A stretch of 64,000 nucleotides of DNA from Candidatus Bathyarchaeota archaeon (GCA_963775685.1 CAVZJV010000014.1:160001-224000), one strand, 5' to 3'; shown: positions 10,675-21,470, counted from the first letter of the stretch. The notes: generated by a model not told the origin, from the letters alone. Numbers and translations are program-made.

Positions 10675-11214
10675 TTGATGAATAGAATTCTGCTTTTGAC
10701 TGGTGCTCCTGGCGTTGGAAAAACCACTGTGCTAACTAAAACAGTGGACGCTCTAAAAGTGAAAGGCGTTAGTGTGGGCGGTATGATAAGCCGAGAAGTT
10801 CGGGAAAACGGCGTACGTGTAGGCTTTGAAATCTTGGATCTAACCAGCGGCAAACATGGATGGCTGGCTCAGGTAAACGGGCAGATGGGGCCACAGGTGG
10901 GTAGGTACCATGTTAACCTTAACGACCTTGACAACATTGGCGTCGCAGCCATCTCGCTCGCTCTCGAAAAATACAGCGCTATAGTCATTGATGAAATTGG
11001 TCCTATGGAACTTTATTCGCTGAAGTTCAAACAAGCCGTAGCGCAAACGTTGGAGAGCAAAAAGCTGGTTTTGGCGGTTGTGCATGGAAAAGCCAAAGAC
11101 CCTTTGGTAACTCAGGTAAAGCGAAGAGTCGACGCGGAAATTTTTAACGTGACTTTTTCTAATAGAGAAAAACTGCTCGAGCAACTAATCCAAAAAGCAT
11201 TAGCTGCACTTTAA
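10675..11214 (+). CDS. nucleoside-triphosphatase (THEP1 family)
   Basis: LTGAPGVGKTT, RVGFEI, VGRYHV, IDEIGPMEL. Confidence 0.92.
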   Translation: MMNRILLLTGAPGVGKTTVLTKTVDALKVKGVSVGGMISREVRENGVRVGFEILDLTSGKHGWLAQVNGQMGPQVGRYHVNLNDLDNIGVAAISLALEKYSAIVIDEIGPMELYSLKFKQAVAQTLESKKLVLAVVHGKAKDPLVTQVKRRVDAEIFNVTFSNREKLLEQLIQKALAAL

Positions 11215-11345
11215 TCCCACTTATTCCTTTTAGCAGCTTACTCGGATTTGGGCTGTGCACAATTAAATTTTTTTTGGAATTAGTTTAAACCATTTTGGTT
11301 GGTTCGGGGCATTGGTGCAGTATGAAGAAAAGTTGATTCGAAAAT

Positions 11346-11678
11346 TTTTTGTTGCGTTAAGAGAACAACACCAGTTGTTTTGGCAAATAAAACTGGGTTT
11401 GTTTTGGTCTAGTTTTGTTGTTTAGGCTCGGAAAGGCTGCAGGTAAGGGTCTAAAAGAGTGCAATGGCTAAGGATGGCTAGAATTGGTAATTGCTCTTGC
11501 GTGTTCAGTAGGCTATCTATTGGGGGTTGAGGTGGCTTTTTATGGGCGTTGTTTTAGTCAACTGGAAAAGAAATGTTGTTTTGTAGAGTTTTGGGCTTGG
11601 TTTGGGGTGATTTTGTTTTGGGGTTTTGGTGTTTGCAGGTTGCGTCTGGATTCGTCACAGAACGTTACAAAAAGTCAA
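11346..11678. repeat. dispersed non-coding repeat, long copy (MITE-like)
   Basis: Blocks 11356-11377 and 11601-11678 match 26067-26088 and 26111-26202. Confidence 0.7.
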
Positions 11679-11940
11679 TGTGATAAATAGGACGAACAAC
11701 AATTTCCCTTTAACTAAGTGACCAGTTTGCATGAAATCAAAACGCGATAGATAGACTTAAAATTATTCAGATCTTTCGGATTTAACTCGCCTATCTATGG
11801 AAACACTATTTGAAAGGGTGAATTGGCTTTTTCTCAAACCATAACTAACAGAAACTTGGAAACACCAAGTTTAACTCAAAATTCCATGTAGTTTATACTT
11901 TATATAGTCTTTTAGCGTATTTTGCGTTACGGTAACTAAT

Positions 11941-14900
11941 TTGACTGCCCAAACCGAAGCCGACCAAAACCAGAGTTTGCCTACAACCTATTCTCCGCTT
12001 CAACTCGAAGCCGAAATCCGTGAATTCTGGATTAAAAATGATATACGCAACAAACTGGAGCTTACAGAGAAAACCGCCAAGGGCAAATTGGGTTATGTGG
12101 AAGGTCCACCCACACTAAACGGTATCCCACACATTGGGCATGCTCGTGGGCGAATCATGAAAGACATCCGTTACCGGTGGAAAACCATGGAGGGCTATTA
12201 CATGCCTTTTTGGGCAGGATGGGACTGCCAAGGTTTACCCGTGGAACTCGAAGTTGAAAAGCTTCTAGGCGTCCGTAACAAGCGGGAATCCATCGAGAAA
12301 TTCGGTATGGAACGTTTCATTGAGGAATGCAAAAAAGCCATCATGCGCTACCACCAAATGTGGCTTGAAGCGGACAGCAGGCTGGGAATTTCTATTAATC
12401 AAGAGAAAGCTTACTGGACCTACAAAGACTTGTACATTGAACGTGAATGGAAATATCTCAAGGCAGCATGGGACCAAAACCTCCTCGAAGAGGGCCACTA
12501 TGTTGTGGCTTATTGTCCCGGATGCCAAACTAGCCTCAGCAGTGCTGAAGTTGGTTATGAAGGTAGCTACAAAGAAGTCGAAGACCCTTCGCTTTACTTC
12601 AAGTTTAAGGTTGCTGGTAAGGAAAACGAGTTTTTTCTGGTTTGGACAACCATGCCTTTCACCGTAATAACCGACACCATGCTTGCAGTCAAGCCAAACG
12701 CGGAATATGTTAAGGTGAAGGTTGGCGAGGAAACATGGATAATGATGAAACAACGCGTTGAACCAGTCATAGCAGAGCTCGAAATAACCAACTACCAAAT
12801 CACTGAAACTATGACCGGTAAGAGTTTGGAAGGAACAGGCTACGAATACCCGCTTAAAGACATAATTCCCAAGCAAGCAGAACTCGAAACTAAACATCCA
12901 CTTGTGCATAAAGTCATCGGCGAAGAATTTGTGGACGTTGAAACAGCCACAGGGGTGGTCCATCTCTCACCTGGAAATGGCGAGGACGATTTTTGGGCTG
13001 CAAACCGCAGAGGAGTCCCCATTTTCGTTCCTTTCGATGATGAAGTCAAATTTACAAACGAAGCAGGCATTTTTACAGGGATTTTTGCAAGAGAAGCAGA
13101 TATGTTGGTGGTTGAGGAACTGCGTAACCGCAACGCGTTTGTGAAAGTTAAAAAAATCAAACATGAATACCCAACATGCTGGCGCAGCCACCACAAACTG
13201 GTTTGGCTAGCACGGAAAGAGTATTTTCTGCGAACCGATAAAATCAACCAAAAAGTGCTTGAGGCTGCACAGACCACCAAATATTTCTTTGAAGAACCCA
13301 AAAACCGTTTCTTAGGCTTCTTAAAAGAGGGCAAACCGTGGTGCATTAGCCGCGAACGCATCTGGGGAACACCCTTGCCCATGTGGACCTGCGAAAAATG
13401 CGAACACAAACGCCTAATCGCAAGCAAAAAAGAACTAATCGAAAACTCCCAAGAAGCCATCCCCGAAAACTTTGAGTTGCACAAGCCTTGGGTTGACCGA
13501 ATTACCTTAAAATGCGAAAAATGCAGTAGCACAATGCGCAGAGAAGATTTTGTTTTGGATACTTGGCATAACAGTGGCGCTTCGCCATATGCACGGTTTA
13601 CTGACGAGGAGTTTGAGAAGTTTGTGCCGACGGCTTTCTTGACAGAAGGAATTGATCAAACACGGGGTTGGGCAAACTCGCTACTGCTAGAATACGTGAT
13701 TTTGACAGGAAAATCCATTTCTCCCTACAGGGCTTTTCTATTTCAGGGGTTAACGCAGGATGCGAAGGGCAGAAAAATGAGTAAAAGCCTTGGAAACGTC
13801 ATTGAAACTAGCAAGCTTCTTGAGAAGAGCAGTGCGGATTTGTGTCGCTTTTACATGATGCGCAAATGCTCCCCTGTCGACTTCATGAGTTTCGATATGC
13901 AGGAACTAACACGAAGACCATACCAAGTTCTGTCAACGCTCTATCATTTAAGCCGGTTCTTTTTGCAGAACGCCACTTTCGACGAATTTAACCCTGAAAA
14001 ATACACGTTAGAATGGGCTTCTAAGACTGGTAAACTCGAAGCCGCAGACAAGTGGCTTTTGTCTAAGTTGCAGCAGAAAATCAAGGAATATACAAAGAAG
14101 CTTGAAACTTGCGAATTTAATGTTGCAGTGGGAATTTTGGAGGATTTCGTTATTGAAACGCTTAGCCGGCTCTATGTTCCAATGGTTCGCAAAGAACTCT
14201 GGACAGATGAACCTGAAACATTCGAGCGCAGACAAACCATCTATACTCTACTGCATCATACATTAAAAACAGTGACTTTGCTGTTTAACCCTGTAACGCC
14301 ATTTTTAAGTGAAGCACTTTTCCAAAAGGTTTACAGGCAACTGGAAGCAAATATGCCTGAATCCATCAATTTTGCAGGTTGGCCAACTCCAAACCAGCAA
14401 TTACGCAATAAACCTTTGGAAGAAGACTTTGATATTCTGCTAAAAGTTGTGTCAATTTCTTATGCGGCTCGTCAACAGGGCAAACTAAAACGTCGATGGC
14501 CACTAGCTCAAACAATCGTAGTTGCACCTGAAAAAACCCTACAAGCCCTAAAGAGCCTTGAAGCGCTATTCTTGGAGCAAACAAACGTAAAAGCTGTTGG
14601 CTATTCAGAATCCATTCCTGATTATGTTGGGGGCGAAAACTGGGTTTCGAGTCAAATAGACGATATAACAGTGTTCCTTAGTGGGCAACGCGACGATAAA
14701 CTGTTAGGCGAAGGCATTATGCGCGATCTGGCAAGACGTGTACAAGCGTTGCGTAAAGAAATGGGTTTGGTGCCGACGGAAATGCTGGTATCTGTGCATA
14801 TTGCTGGGCTGGATACTGAGGGCAAGGGTTTTTTGGAGCCGTACTTAGAAGAGATGGCTGGTTTGGTCAGAGCCAGAAAAGTCTATTTGCACACAAGCTC

Positions 14901-14970
14901 CAGTGAAGTTGAAGCAGATTGGCACGAATCCGAACTGGACGGCAAAAAAATCCAAATAAACATCCACTGA
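11941..14970 (+). CDS. ileS: isoleucine--tRNA ligase
   Basis: EGPPTLNGIPHIGH, GWDCQGLP, WTTMP, WCISRERIWGTPLP, EGIDQTRGW, KMSKS. Confidence 0.97.
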   Translation: MTAQTEADQNQSLPTTYSPLQLEAEIREFWIKNDIRNKLELTEKTAKGKLGYVEGPPTLNGIPHIGHARGRIMKDIRYRWKTMEGYYMPFWAGWDCQGLPVELEVEKLLGVRNKRESIEKFGMERFIEECKKAIMRYHQMWLEADSRLGISINQEKAYWTYKDLYIEREWKYLKAAWDQNLLEEGHYVVAYCPGCQTSLSSAEVGYEGSYKEVEDPSLYFKFKVAGKENEFFLVWTTMPFTVITDTMLAVKPNAEYVKVKVGEETWIMMKQRVEPVIAELEITNYQITETMTGKSLEGTGYEYPLKDIIPKQAELETKHPLVHKVIGEEFVDVETATGVVHLSPGNGEDDFWAANRRGVPIFVPFDDEVKFTNEAGIFTGIFAREADMLVVEELRNRNAFVKVKKIKHEYPTCWRSHHKLVWLARKEYFLRTDKINQKVLEAAQTTKYFFEEPKNRFLGFLKEGKPWCISRERIWGTPLPMWTCEKCEHKRLIASKKELIENSQEAIPENFELHKPWVDRITLKCEKCSSTMRREDFVLDTWHNSGASPYARFTDEEFEKFVPTAFLTEGIDQTRGWANSLLLEYVILTGKSISPYRAFLFQGLTQDAKGRKMSKSLGNVIETSKLLEKSSADLCRFYMMRKCSPVDFMSFDMQELTRRPYQVLSTLYHLSRFFLQNATFDEFNPEKYTLEWASKTGKLEAADKWLLSKLQQKIKEYTKKLETCEFNVAVGILEDFVIETLSRLYVPMVRKELWTDEPETFERRQTIYTLLHHTLKTVTLLFNPVTPFLSEALFQKVYRQLEANMPESINFAGWPTPNQQLRNKPLEEDFDILLKVVSISYAARQQGKLKRRWPLAQTIVVAPEKTLQALKSLEALFLEQTNVKAVGYSESIPDYVGGENWVSSQIDDITVFLSGQRDDKLLGEGIMRDLARRVQALRKEMGLVPTEMLVSVHIAGLDTEGKGFLEPYLEEMAGLVRARKVYLHTSSSEVEADWHESELDGKKIQINIH

Positions 14971-14980
14971 AGCGAAAAAT

Positions 14981-15157
14981 ATGGCACAAGAAACAAACAA
15001 CAACAAACACTACAAGTGCCCACACTGCGCCTGTATCTTTTCAACTCAGGCAGATTTGCAAAAGCACCTAACTGTCTTCGGCGACAGAAAAGAGCAACAT
15101 GAATATGACTACAAAAAAACGCATGGCCGACTCGAACATGGATACAACGATGAATGA
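14981..15157 (+). CDS. small C2H2-type zinc finger protein (58 aa, below the ORF track cutoff)
   Basis: MAQETNNNKHYKCPHCACIFSTQADLQKHL...; ATG 10 nt after the ileS stop. Confidence 0.7.
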   Translation: MAQETNNNKHYKCPHCACIFSTQADLQKHLTVFGDRKEQHEYDYKKTHGRLEHGYNDE

Positions 15158-15336
15158 GTCGTTTCGAAGTTAAAGCACTGATTTTTTAACATAAATGACT
15201 TGAAACTCGCCAATTACTGATATAGCCTCTTGAGTTTTTGCCTCTCGCAGTTCGCTTTAAAAGTTTGGTTTTTCAACTAACTGTGAAGTGCAACTTTTAT
15301 CTAAAACCAACCTAACATAAAGCCTGAAGTGTCTGT

Positions 15337-16522
15337 ATGGATAAGTTTCGATTAGCAGTCTTCAACACTCAGCCGCCTCATCTGTACTTTGGAGGCGTTG
15401 AGCGTCGCATAATGGAAACTGCCAAGCGGATGCAAAATCAAGCAGATATAACCGTTTACAGTGGCACTAAGGCAGGATTCAAAGAACCCGTCACCATCGA
15501 TGGGGTACGGTTTGTTCCATTCTATTCAACCGACAGAATCTTTCCATTAGATAACTGGTTTTTCAACCGAAGCCTAAACAAAAAAGCAAACACTATCAAT
15601 GCAGATGTTTATGAGGCCCATGCAGTAAGCGGCTACAGCTTTCCAAAAGCGCTAAAGAAACTTGGTATTAACAAGCCATTCGTACACACAATCCATGGCG
15701 TTCTCGCAGATGAATATGAGCGGCGAAGCAAGACGGTTACCCATCATTCAGGGGCAGGATTGCAAACTATTTTATGCATAGACTTGCCGAATTGGAAGAG
15801 AAAACTGCGCATGATGCAACATTAATTGTGACAATAAGCAATTATTCGCTAGAAAAAATCCAGAGACACTACAACATAGACAAAACTAAAGTTCGGATTA
15901 TTCCAAACGGTGTCGATGTGGAAAAATTCAAACCCATGGACGCTAAAGCCTCGCGGCAGCAATTTGGATTAGACAGTGACCCTTGTGTGCTATTTGTGGG
16001 TAGTTTGATTCCTCGAAAAGGCTTGCCTTTCTTGGTCGAAGCTGCCAAAAAAATAGTAAAGAACAAGCTGAAACCAAGTTCTTGATTGTCGGTGAGGGAC
16101 CACTGAAAAACCATTTAACTGATTCCCTTGAATCTGCCAATCTTTATGGCAACTTCAGGTTTCTGGGCAAAATCAAAGACGAAATGCTTCCTGCAGTTTA
16201 TAATTGCGCAGACGTGTTTGTTTTGCCGTCAATTCAGGAAGGGCAAGGAATAGTCTTGCTTGAAGCGCAAGCGTCGGGTAAGCCTGTTGTTGCTTTTGAT
16301 GTGGGAGGGGTCAACGAAGCTGTTCGCAACAATGAAACAGGGATTCTAGTTAAGCGGGGAAGCACTAACGAGCTGGCGGATGCGTTACTGAAACTATTAG
16401 GAGACAAGATTTTGCGCGAAAAAATAGGTGCAAATGGCCGCAGGTTTGTATCTGAAAACTTCACCTGGGACTTATGCGCTCAAAAAATGCTTAAAGTGTA
16501 TCATGAAGCATTGGCAAGTTGA
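15337..16522 (+). CDS. GT4 family glycosyltransferase, two frameshifts (~15725, ~16070)
   Basis: GGVERR, HTIHG, IPNGVD, FVGSLIPRKG, PSIQEGQGIVLLEAQASGKPVV split over three adjacent ORFs. Confidence 0.85.
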
Positions 16523-17037
16523 ACGTTAACTGATTTTGCCAACCGCCTAAAATCGTCATCACCCATCCACTCCGTCCAAAGATAACAACGGATTCTTTCC
16601 TCGCTTAAACCCAGCCGTCTTGCCTCTTGAATGCAGTAACGGTAAGCTTCAATTTCTGTAGGTCTATCAACGTAATCATATCGGGGGTCGAAGAGTTCTT
16701 TGCCTTCCATAAACTGTTTGACATGGCATAACTCATGGATTAAATCAAGGTAAATGTCGGTTTTGTCGCCGTTATTAAGGTAGCTTCTGCTTATCACAAG
16801 GTGCCCATCAGAGCCGTCAACGTACATGTAGCCCATAACCCAGCTAATTTCAACTGTTAATTTACTTAATACTTCCCTTGTTTTTTCTCCAAAAATGCCT
16901 TTTACAGCGTCAACTTCTTCCAAACCCTTGAAAAAATCTATGAAAGTTACTTTCTGGTTTCCAACCCCCAGTATATTAAAAGGAAGCTTTCTAAACAAAC
17001 GCAGAATTCTAAACACCGCAAACTCTATTGCCGTCAA
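16501..17037 (-). CDS. hypothetical zincin-like metalloprotein
   Basis: LIHELCHVKQ (HExxH) followed by PTEIEAY. Confidence 0.65.
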   Translation of the reverse strand: MTAIEFAVFRILRLFRKLPFNILGVGNQKVTFIDFFKGLEEVDAVKGIFGEKTREVLSKLTVEISWVMGYMYVDGSDGHLVISRSYLNNGDKTDIYLDLIHELCHVKQFMEGKELFDPRYDYVDRPTEIEAYRYCIQEARRLGLSEERIRCYLWTEWMGDDDFRRLAKSVNVQLANAS

Positions 17038-17051
17038 GTTGCAAGCCGCTC

Positions 17052-18413
17052 CTACCCGAAAGTTTGAAGGTACTCAAGCCTCATTCCTCGATGCGCCAGG
17101 TCTGGAAGGTTTTCTACGCTGCCTATACTTGCGTCGATGTTGCGGTGGATTGGGTGGCTCCATATTCCTTCGGGTGCAAGGTTAAACTGCAAAGGAACAT
17201 CAACTTTGACACCGTATTTTTCGCTTAAATTCTTAATTAATCTACCTTCCCGACAAGCTATACGACCAGAACGATAACTTTGTAGTAACTGCGGAGCTGC
17301 AAAAGCCCCGACCCCGTGCCAAACTGTCGCATCTTCGGGGGACCCAATCGAGTATAGAAAGAACTGGGGGGAAGACGGTGTTTCAGCAAAACTGTAGTTG
17401 GAGAGTTTTTCGCCGGGTACTGTGAAGGTGTCATCGCATACTGCAACAGATATATCCTCGGGATCCATGGCGTTGGGGTATAGTTGGGTGGTCTTGTATT
17501 TGACGACAGCTTCGAGTAATTTGCCGTTTTCAAAGTGTAGTTTACCTCGGGCTGCCCGTTTAGAGCCAAAGCCTTTCTTGGAATGCGGTACCGTCAAAAG
17601 GGTTGTGCGTTTTTTCATACTACGACCCATGCAGGTGTACGCTTCCTCGATAGACCCATAGTCTCGGTTACTCTCCTGAATTATGTAATGCAACAAGCCA
17701 TCTTTGGTCTCTGTCTGCAGAGTTGAAATCGGCATACGCAACGAATAAAGCGTGAGATCCATTCCAAAGAACACTGACAAATCTTGTATCTGGTTGTATT
17801 TGATGCAATCTACCAGGTCTAGGTATGAACCATTACTATCCTTGAGGCTTTCCGTTATGAGTGCGGCTTCTTTTTGGGATATTAAGCTACCTTTGTATTT
17901 TTTAAGATATGCTTCATCGATTTTAAGCTGGTCAGTTTTGACGTTGGCTGCTGGAAAAGCGCTCTGACCACTGTCCACGATTGATTGTTTGAGTGGATTC
18001 ATGGAGTAGCGGTCAGCCTCAACATCATCCGTGTTTAAGAGAAAAGGCACGATGTAACCTTGTGGGGGGTTCTTGAGCAATTCAGCAAGCGCAACTACGT
18101 CACCGTCATCGGGTTTATGCAAACCGTGCTCGTGGAAGTAGTTGGCGCAGGTTTCAAGCAACCGCGTTCCAATAATGCCTTGAACTTCTTCAACCGTCAA
18201 TTGTGGATTTGTATATTCAACCGAACCGCGCAAATAGAACCGTTCATCGGAGAAAGGAAAAGAAACTTTCTTCCCGTTAACACAGCGGAACAAAGTAACT
18301 CTGCGGTTACTATTCTGTCCTTTCGAAGCCGTGGCGCCCTCCACCAAAACCTTCACTGTCAAAAAAGAAGTATTCAAAAAATCCTCAAGCAAAAGCTTAC
18401 AGTAATCTTCCAT
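17052..18413 (-). CDS. conserved hypothetical protein (453 aa)
   Basis: Long intact ORF with GAGG RBS, tightly packed between neighbours; no family recognised. Confidence 0.75.
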   Translation of the reverse strand: MEDYCKLLLEDFLNTSFLTVKVLVEGATASKGQNSNRRVTLFRCVNGKKVSFPFSDERFYLRGSVEYTNPQLTVEEVQGIIGTRLLETCANYFHEHGLHKPDDGDVVALAELLKNPPQGYIVPFLLNTDDVEADRYSMNPLKQSIVDSGQSAFPAANVKTDQLKIDEAYLKKYKGSLISQKEAALITESLKDSNGSYLDLVDCIKYNQIQDLSVFFGMDLTLYSLRMPISTLQTETKDGLLHYIIQESNRDYGSIEEAYTCMGRSMKKRTTLLTVPHSKKGFGSKRAARGKLHFENGKLLEAVVKYKTTQLYPNAMDPEDISVAVCDDTFTVPGEKLSNYSFAETPSSPQFFLYSIGSPEDATVWHGVGAFAAPQLLQSYRSGRIACREGRLIKNLSEKYGVKVDVPLQFNLAPEGIWSHPIHRNIDASIGSVENLPDLAHRGMRLEYLQTFG

Positions 18414-18416
18414 AAA

Positions 18417-19257
18417 TTATCCTCGTTCTAAAGATTCAGCCAAGTATATACAATTTTTTATGACTTTTGGTCCAAAAAACATCCTAGACACATAGAAATC
18501 TTCTTTAAACCCTAAACTGCAGAACGCATCACAAAGAAAGCTCTCTTTTTTTGGAACCGCCGCATAAACGCTTCTCCCATTTACATTGGTTAGAACTGCT
18601 TTTACAAGTGAAATGGCAACATCATTTCTTGACGTTTGACAGATGAGTGGCCCTATCCATGCCATAGGTCTCATAAATCGTTGAAGCAACATAACCCGTG
18701 ACGCCATTGCTGTCTAAGACGTAGTAGCTTGCATTGTCTCCTTGAAGAACTATGGATTCAAGCAGTTTCTTTCTGTCTCCGCCAAAACATTGGCTGTCAA
18801 ACCTGTTTATCGATGGAAACTGCCGCTTTCCAATCGTTGGCAGCATTGCAGCATTGAGTGAACCAAAATATTTCGCGTTCAAAACAGAAAAATCCTCATC
18901 AAATTTGAAGCCTAAACATCCGTAGAAGTTGACAAGGTTTGGGTAAGCATAAAGTCCAATGGTCTCCACGCCTTTGGAACGCAGATAATCCTTTGCGTGG
19001 TTTACCAGCATGCTTCCGGCGCCTTTCTTTCGATATTCTAATTTAACAACAAGGTTTCCAAACCAACCAACTTTACCAAAACTGATGCATGTAGCTACGC
19101 CGACAGGTTTTTGGTCATCAAAGAGGACGAAGCAGCCTTCTGGCTCAAGCGACTTCATGAATTGGAAGTCTTCAGGCGCCATATTCCATTCCATGGTGTT
19201 AGCTAAGTTGGTTGCAAAAGAAAAATCCTGGGTGCGCATCGACTTAACTTTGAACAT
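18417..19257 (-). CDS. GNAT N-acetyltransferase (two-domain YitH-like), frameshift ~18680
   Basis: VGWFGNLVVKLEYRKKGAGS acetyl-CoA motif, FYGCLGF; second domain (WIGPL...LAESLERG) in ORF 18417-18707. Confidence 0.8.
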
Positions 19258-19440
19258 AGATATTTAACTTGTAGAGCGGTCTGGCAATTAAGTTTGCTTA
19301 TCAAAAATAAAATAGCCTAAAATTTTTAGGAAAGACTGAAGCAACAAAACCCTTAATTTTAGGATTGAACTCAAATAAGGATAACAGCTTTTTTCCGGCC
19401 ACATTGATGCTAGACGTTTTTATGATAAGGTGATTAGTGT

Positions 19441-20220
19441 TTGACTTCACTAATAAGAAAAGTTAGAAGACGCGTATTAGTTTTGTTGGTTGTCTGGATA
19501 GTGTTGCTTTTGGTTGTGTTATCCTTTTTAGATTCTCTTTTAACCATATTTAACAACAATCCCGAAGGTCAAACTTTCGTAAGCCTAAGTTGGGCGGGAT
19601 ATTCAGTTTCGCAAAGTTTCAACTCACAACGTAAAGTTACCGGTATCTCCGCTTCATGGACAGTGCCACAAGTTAACGCTTCAGGAATTGATGGTTTCTC
19701 TTCGGCTTGGATTGGAATCGGAGGTCAGAGCGATAAAACTTTGATTCAAGTGGGGACGGAACAGGATTCAGCAGGCGGACGAACGAGCTACTACGCTTGG
19801 TACGAAATGTTGCCTAACTTTTTAGTATCAATAAAAGAGCTAGCACTTTCTCCTGGAGACATCATAGATGCATCGCTTGCCTTGATTGATTCCAACGCAG
19901 ACGTGTGGAAAATAAAATTAAGCGATACAACAAAAGGGCAAACCTTCACTTTAGACGTTAATTACAAATCTTCGCTTGCTTCGGGCGAATGGATAGTGGA
20001 AAGACCCAGTATAAACAACCATATTAGCACTTTATGTGATTTTGGGAAAGTCCCCTTCAGCAACTGCCAGATAAGCCTAAACAATATTGAAGGCCCTATT
20101 GACAACTTTACGTATTCTAAAATACAAATGACAAACCAAGCGGCTCACCCTTTAGCTTCGGTCTCAATCCTTAATTCAGAAAACTCAAGCTTCACAATCA
20201 ACTATGTAGCGGATAGCTGA
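19441..20220 (+). CDS. G1 family glutamic peptidase (eqolisin-like), N-terminal membrane anchor
   Basis: SWAGY, SASWTVP, AWIGIGG, LIQVGTEQ (catalytic Q), AWYEM, GEWIVERP (catalytic E). Confidence 0.85.
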   Translation: MTSLIRKVRRRVLVLLVVWIVLLLVVLSFLDSLLTIFNNNPEGQTFVSLSWAGYSVSQSFNSQRKVTGISASWTVPQVNASGIDGFSSAWIGIGGQSDKTLIQVGTEQDSAGGRTSYYAWYEMLPNFLVSIKELALSPGDIIDASLALIDSNADVWKIKLSDTTKGQTFTLDVNYKSSLASGEWIVERPSINNHISTLCDFGKVPFSNCQISLNNIEGPIDNFTYSKIQMTNQAAHPLASVSILNSENSSFTINYVADS

Positions 20221-20229
20221 AAAAACAGG

Positions 20230-20751
20230 CTATTGGTCATCAGACATAGCCGCTGAAAGAGCCTCGGAGCTTTTCTGTATTTCTTTAGTAACAGTTGAAA
20301 GCAATTTAATACGGTTCTCTAGTTTGCGTTTTTGCATGCTGGTCAAACTCTTAAATTTAGGCAAAACGTCGCTTACAACTGTCATCATAAGGTCTCTGTT
20401 TTTTTCTTCACTTAAGTCTTTGAGTTCAACATGGTTGTCAACAAACTGAAGCACTAGGTGCCCTGTTGGGTCAACATGGGCTTGAACTACATCGCCAACT
20501 TGAGTAGGAAGAGCCAGTTGATTCACCGCTATCGAAGGCGCTAGAGGCTGCATTAGTTTAAAGAGGGATTTGAAGAATTGGGTAACCAAGATCTTTTCTT
20601 CCGAGCCCAGCTCGCTTATTTGGCCGATGTCGTCTGCCGTGCTTTTTAAAGATTCCACAAGCTCCTGAACTGAAATCTGCTTTTTCTTTTCAGCTTGAGC
20701 TGAAGCAGCTATTTCTGCGGGCTCGGGTTTAATTACGGCTTCTTGAGTCAA
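20230..20751 (-). CDS. hypothetical protein with coiled-coil segments
   Basis: 173-aa ORF with helical composition. Confidence 0.65.
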   Translation of the reverse strand: MTQEAVIKPEPAEIAASAQAEKKKQISVQELVESLKSTADDIGQISELGSEEKILVTQFFKSLFKLMQPLAPSIAVNQLALPTQVGDVVQAHVDPTGHLVLQFVDNHVELKDLSEEKNRDLMMTVVSDVLPKFKSLTSMQKRKLENRIKLLSTVTKEIQKSSEALSAAMSDDQ

Positions 20752-20919
20752 AGTTGATCGAATCTTGGTACCATTTTTAGGAGTAAAAGGTTTTGCATGT
20801 CACAAAAGCTACACACAAAAATTAGATTAAATAACTAACAAATATTACGATTTATACGGTTGAGAGCAAAAATAATTTAGAAAAAGGAGGAGAAAATCGA
20901 TTTTTCTAATTTTTATTTT

Positions 20920-21470
20920 CTAAGAAATTGTTGAGCAGCTTTGTTCTTGGTCTACGAATTCTTGGAGGTTCATTTTTGATTTTTTCAATAGGCCACAGCA
21001 AGTGGCGTTTCTTCTGTGACGGCAGCATTTGAATTTTTTCCATCGATTTCAGCGTTGTTCAAAATTTCTTTTGCTTCGACGACCACATTCGTAGTGACTT
21101 GTTCGGCAATTGCAGAAAAATTTTTGGATATTTCAGCCTTGCTGTGATGATGCTGTTTGCCTTAAATTGCTGATCAGACTTCTTCAGAGGCAGATGAGCT
21201 TTCTTCAGCAGCGCTGGCTACTTTCTCAATAGGTTTAGCGACTGAGATTAATGCGTCAAGTTTCCGGTCAACGCCTGTGGCAAGATTTTGTTAACTTTAT
21301 CAGTCATTTCACCCATTATTTAAGCTATTTTTCTTCAGATTCTTTTATTGCTCCTAACTACATTTACTACCTTCTGCTGCACCTGCATGTGATTGCTGTG
21401 TAATTTCTTGTTTGCGTGTCAAGCTTCTTTAATTTATTTCAAAGGTTATGGCGGATCCCGCAGCCGTTTT
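20920..21470 (-). pseudogene. methyl-accepting chemotaxis protein remnant
   Basis: Minus strand ~21260-21170 reads DALISVAKPIEKVASAAEESSSASEEV*SA, a methylation-helix pattern, among many stops; limits approximate. Confidence 0.55.

Noticed and set aside
11700-11940. T-box riboswitch upstream of ileS (aagggtgaattggc; hairpin at 11852-11872)
   Set aside because: No proper GGTGGNACC T-box or antiterminator/terminator pair, and no equivalent directly before glyS
12265-13532. Long antisense ORFs within ileS (similar shadows in glyS, GNAT and ABC genes)
   Set aside because: Fully overlap confident genes and show no motifs; typical antisense shadows
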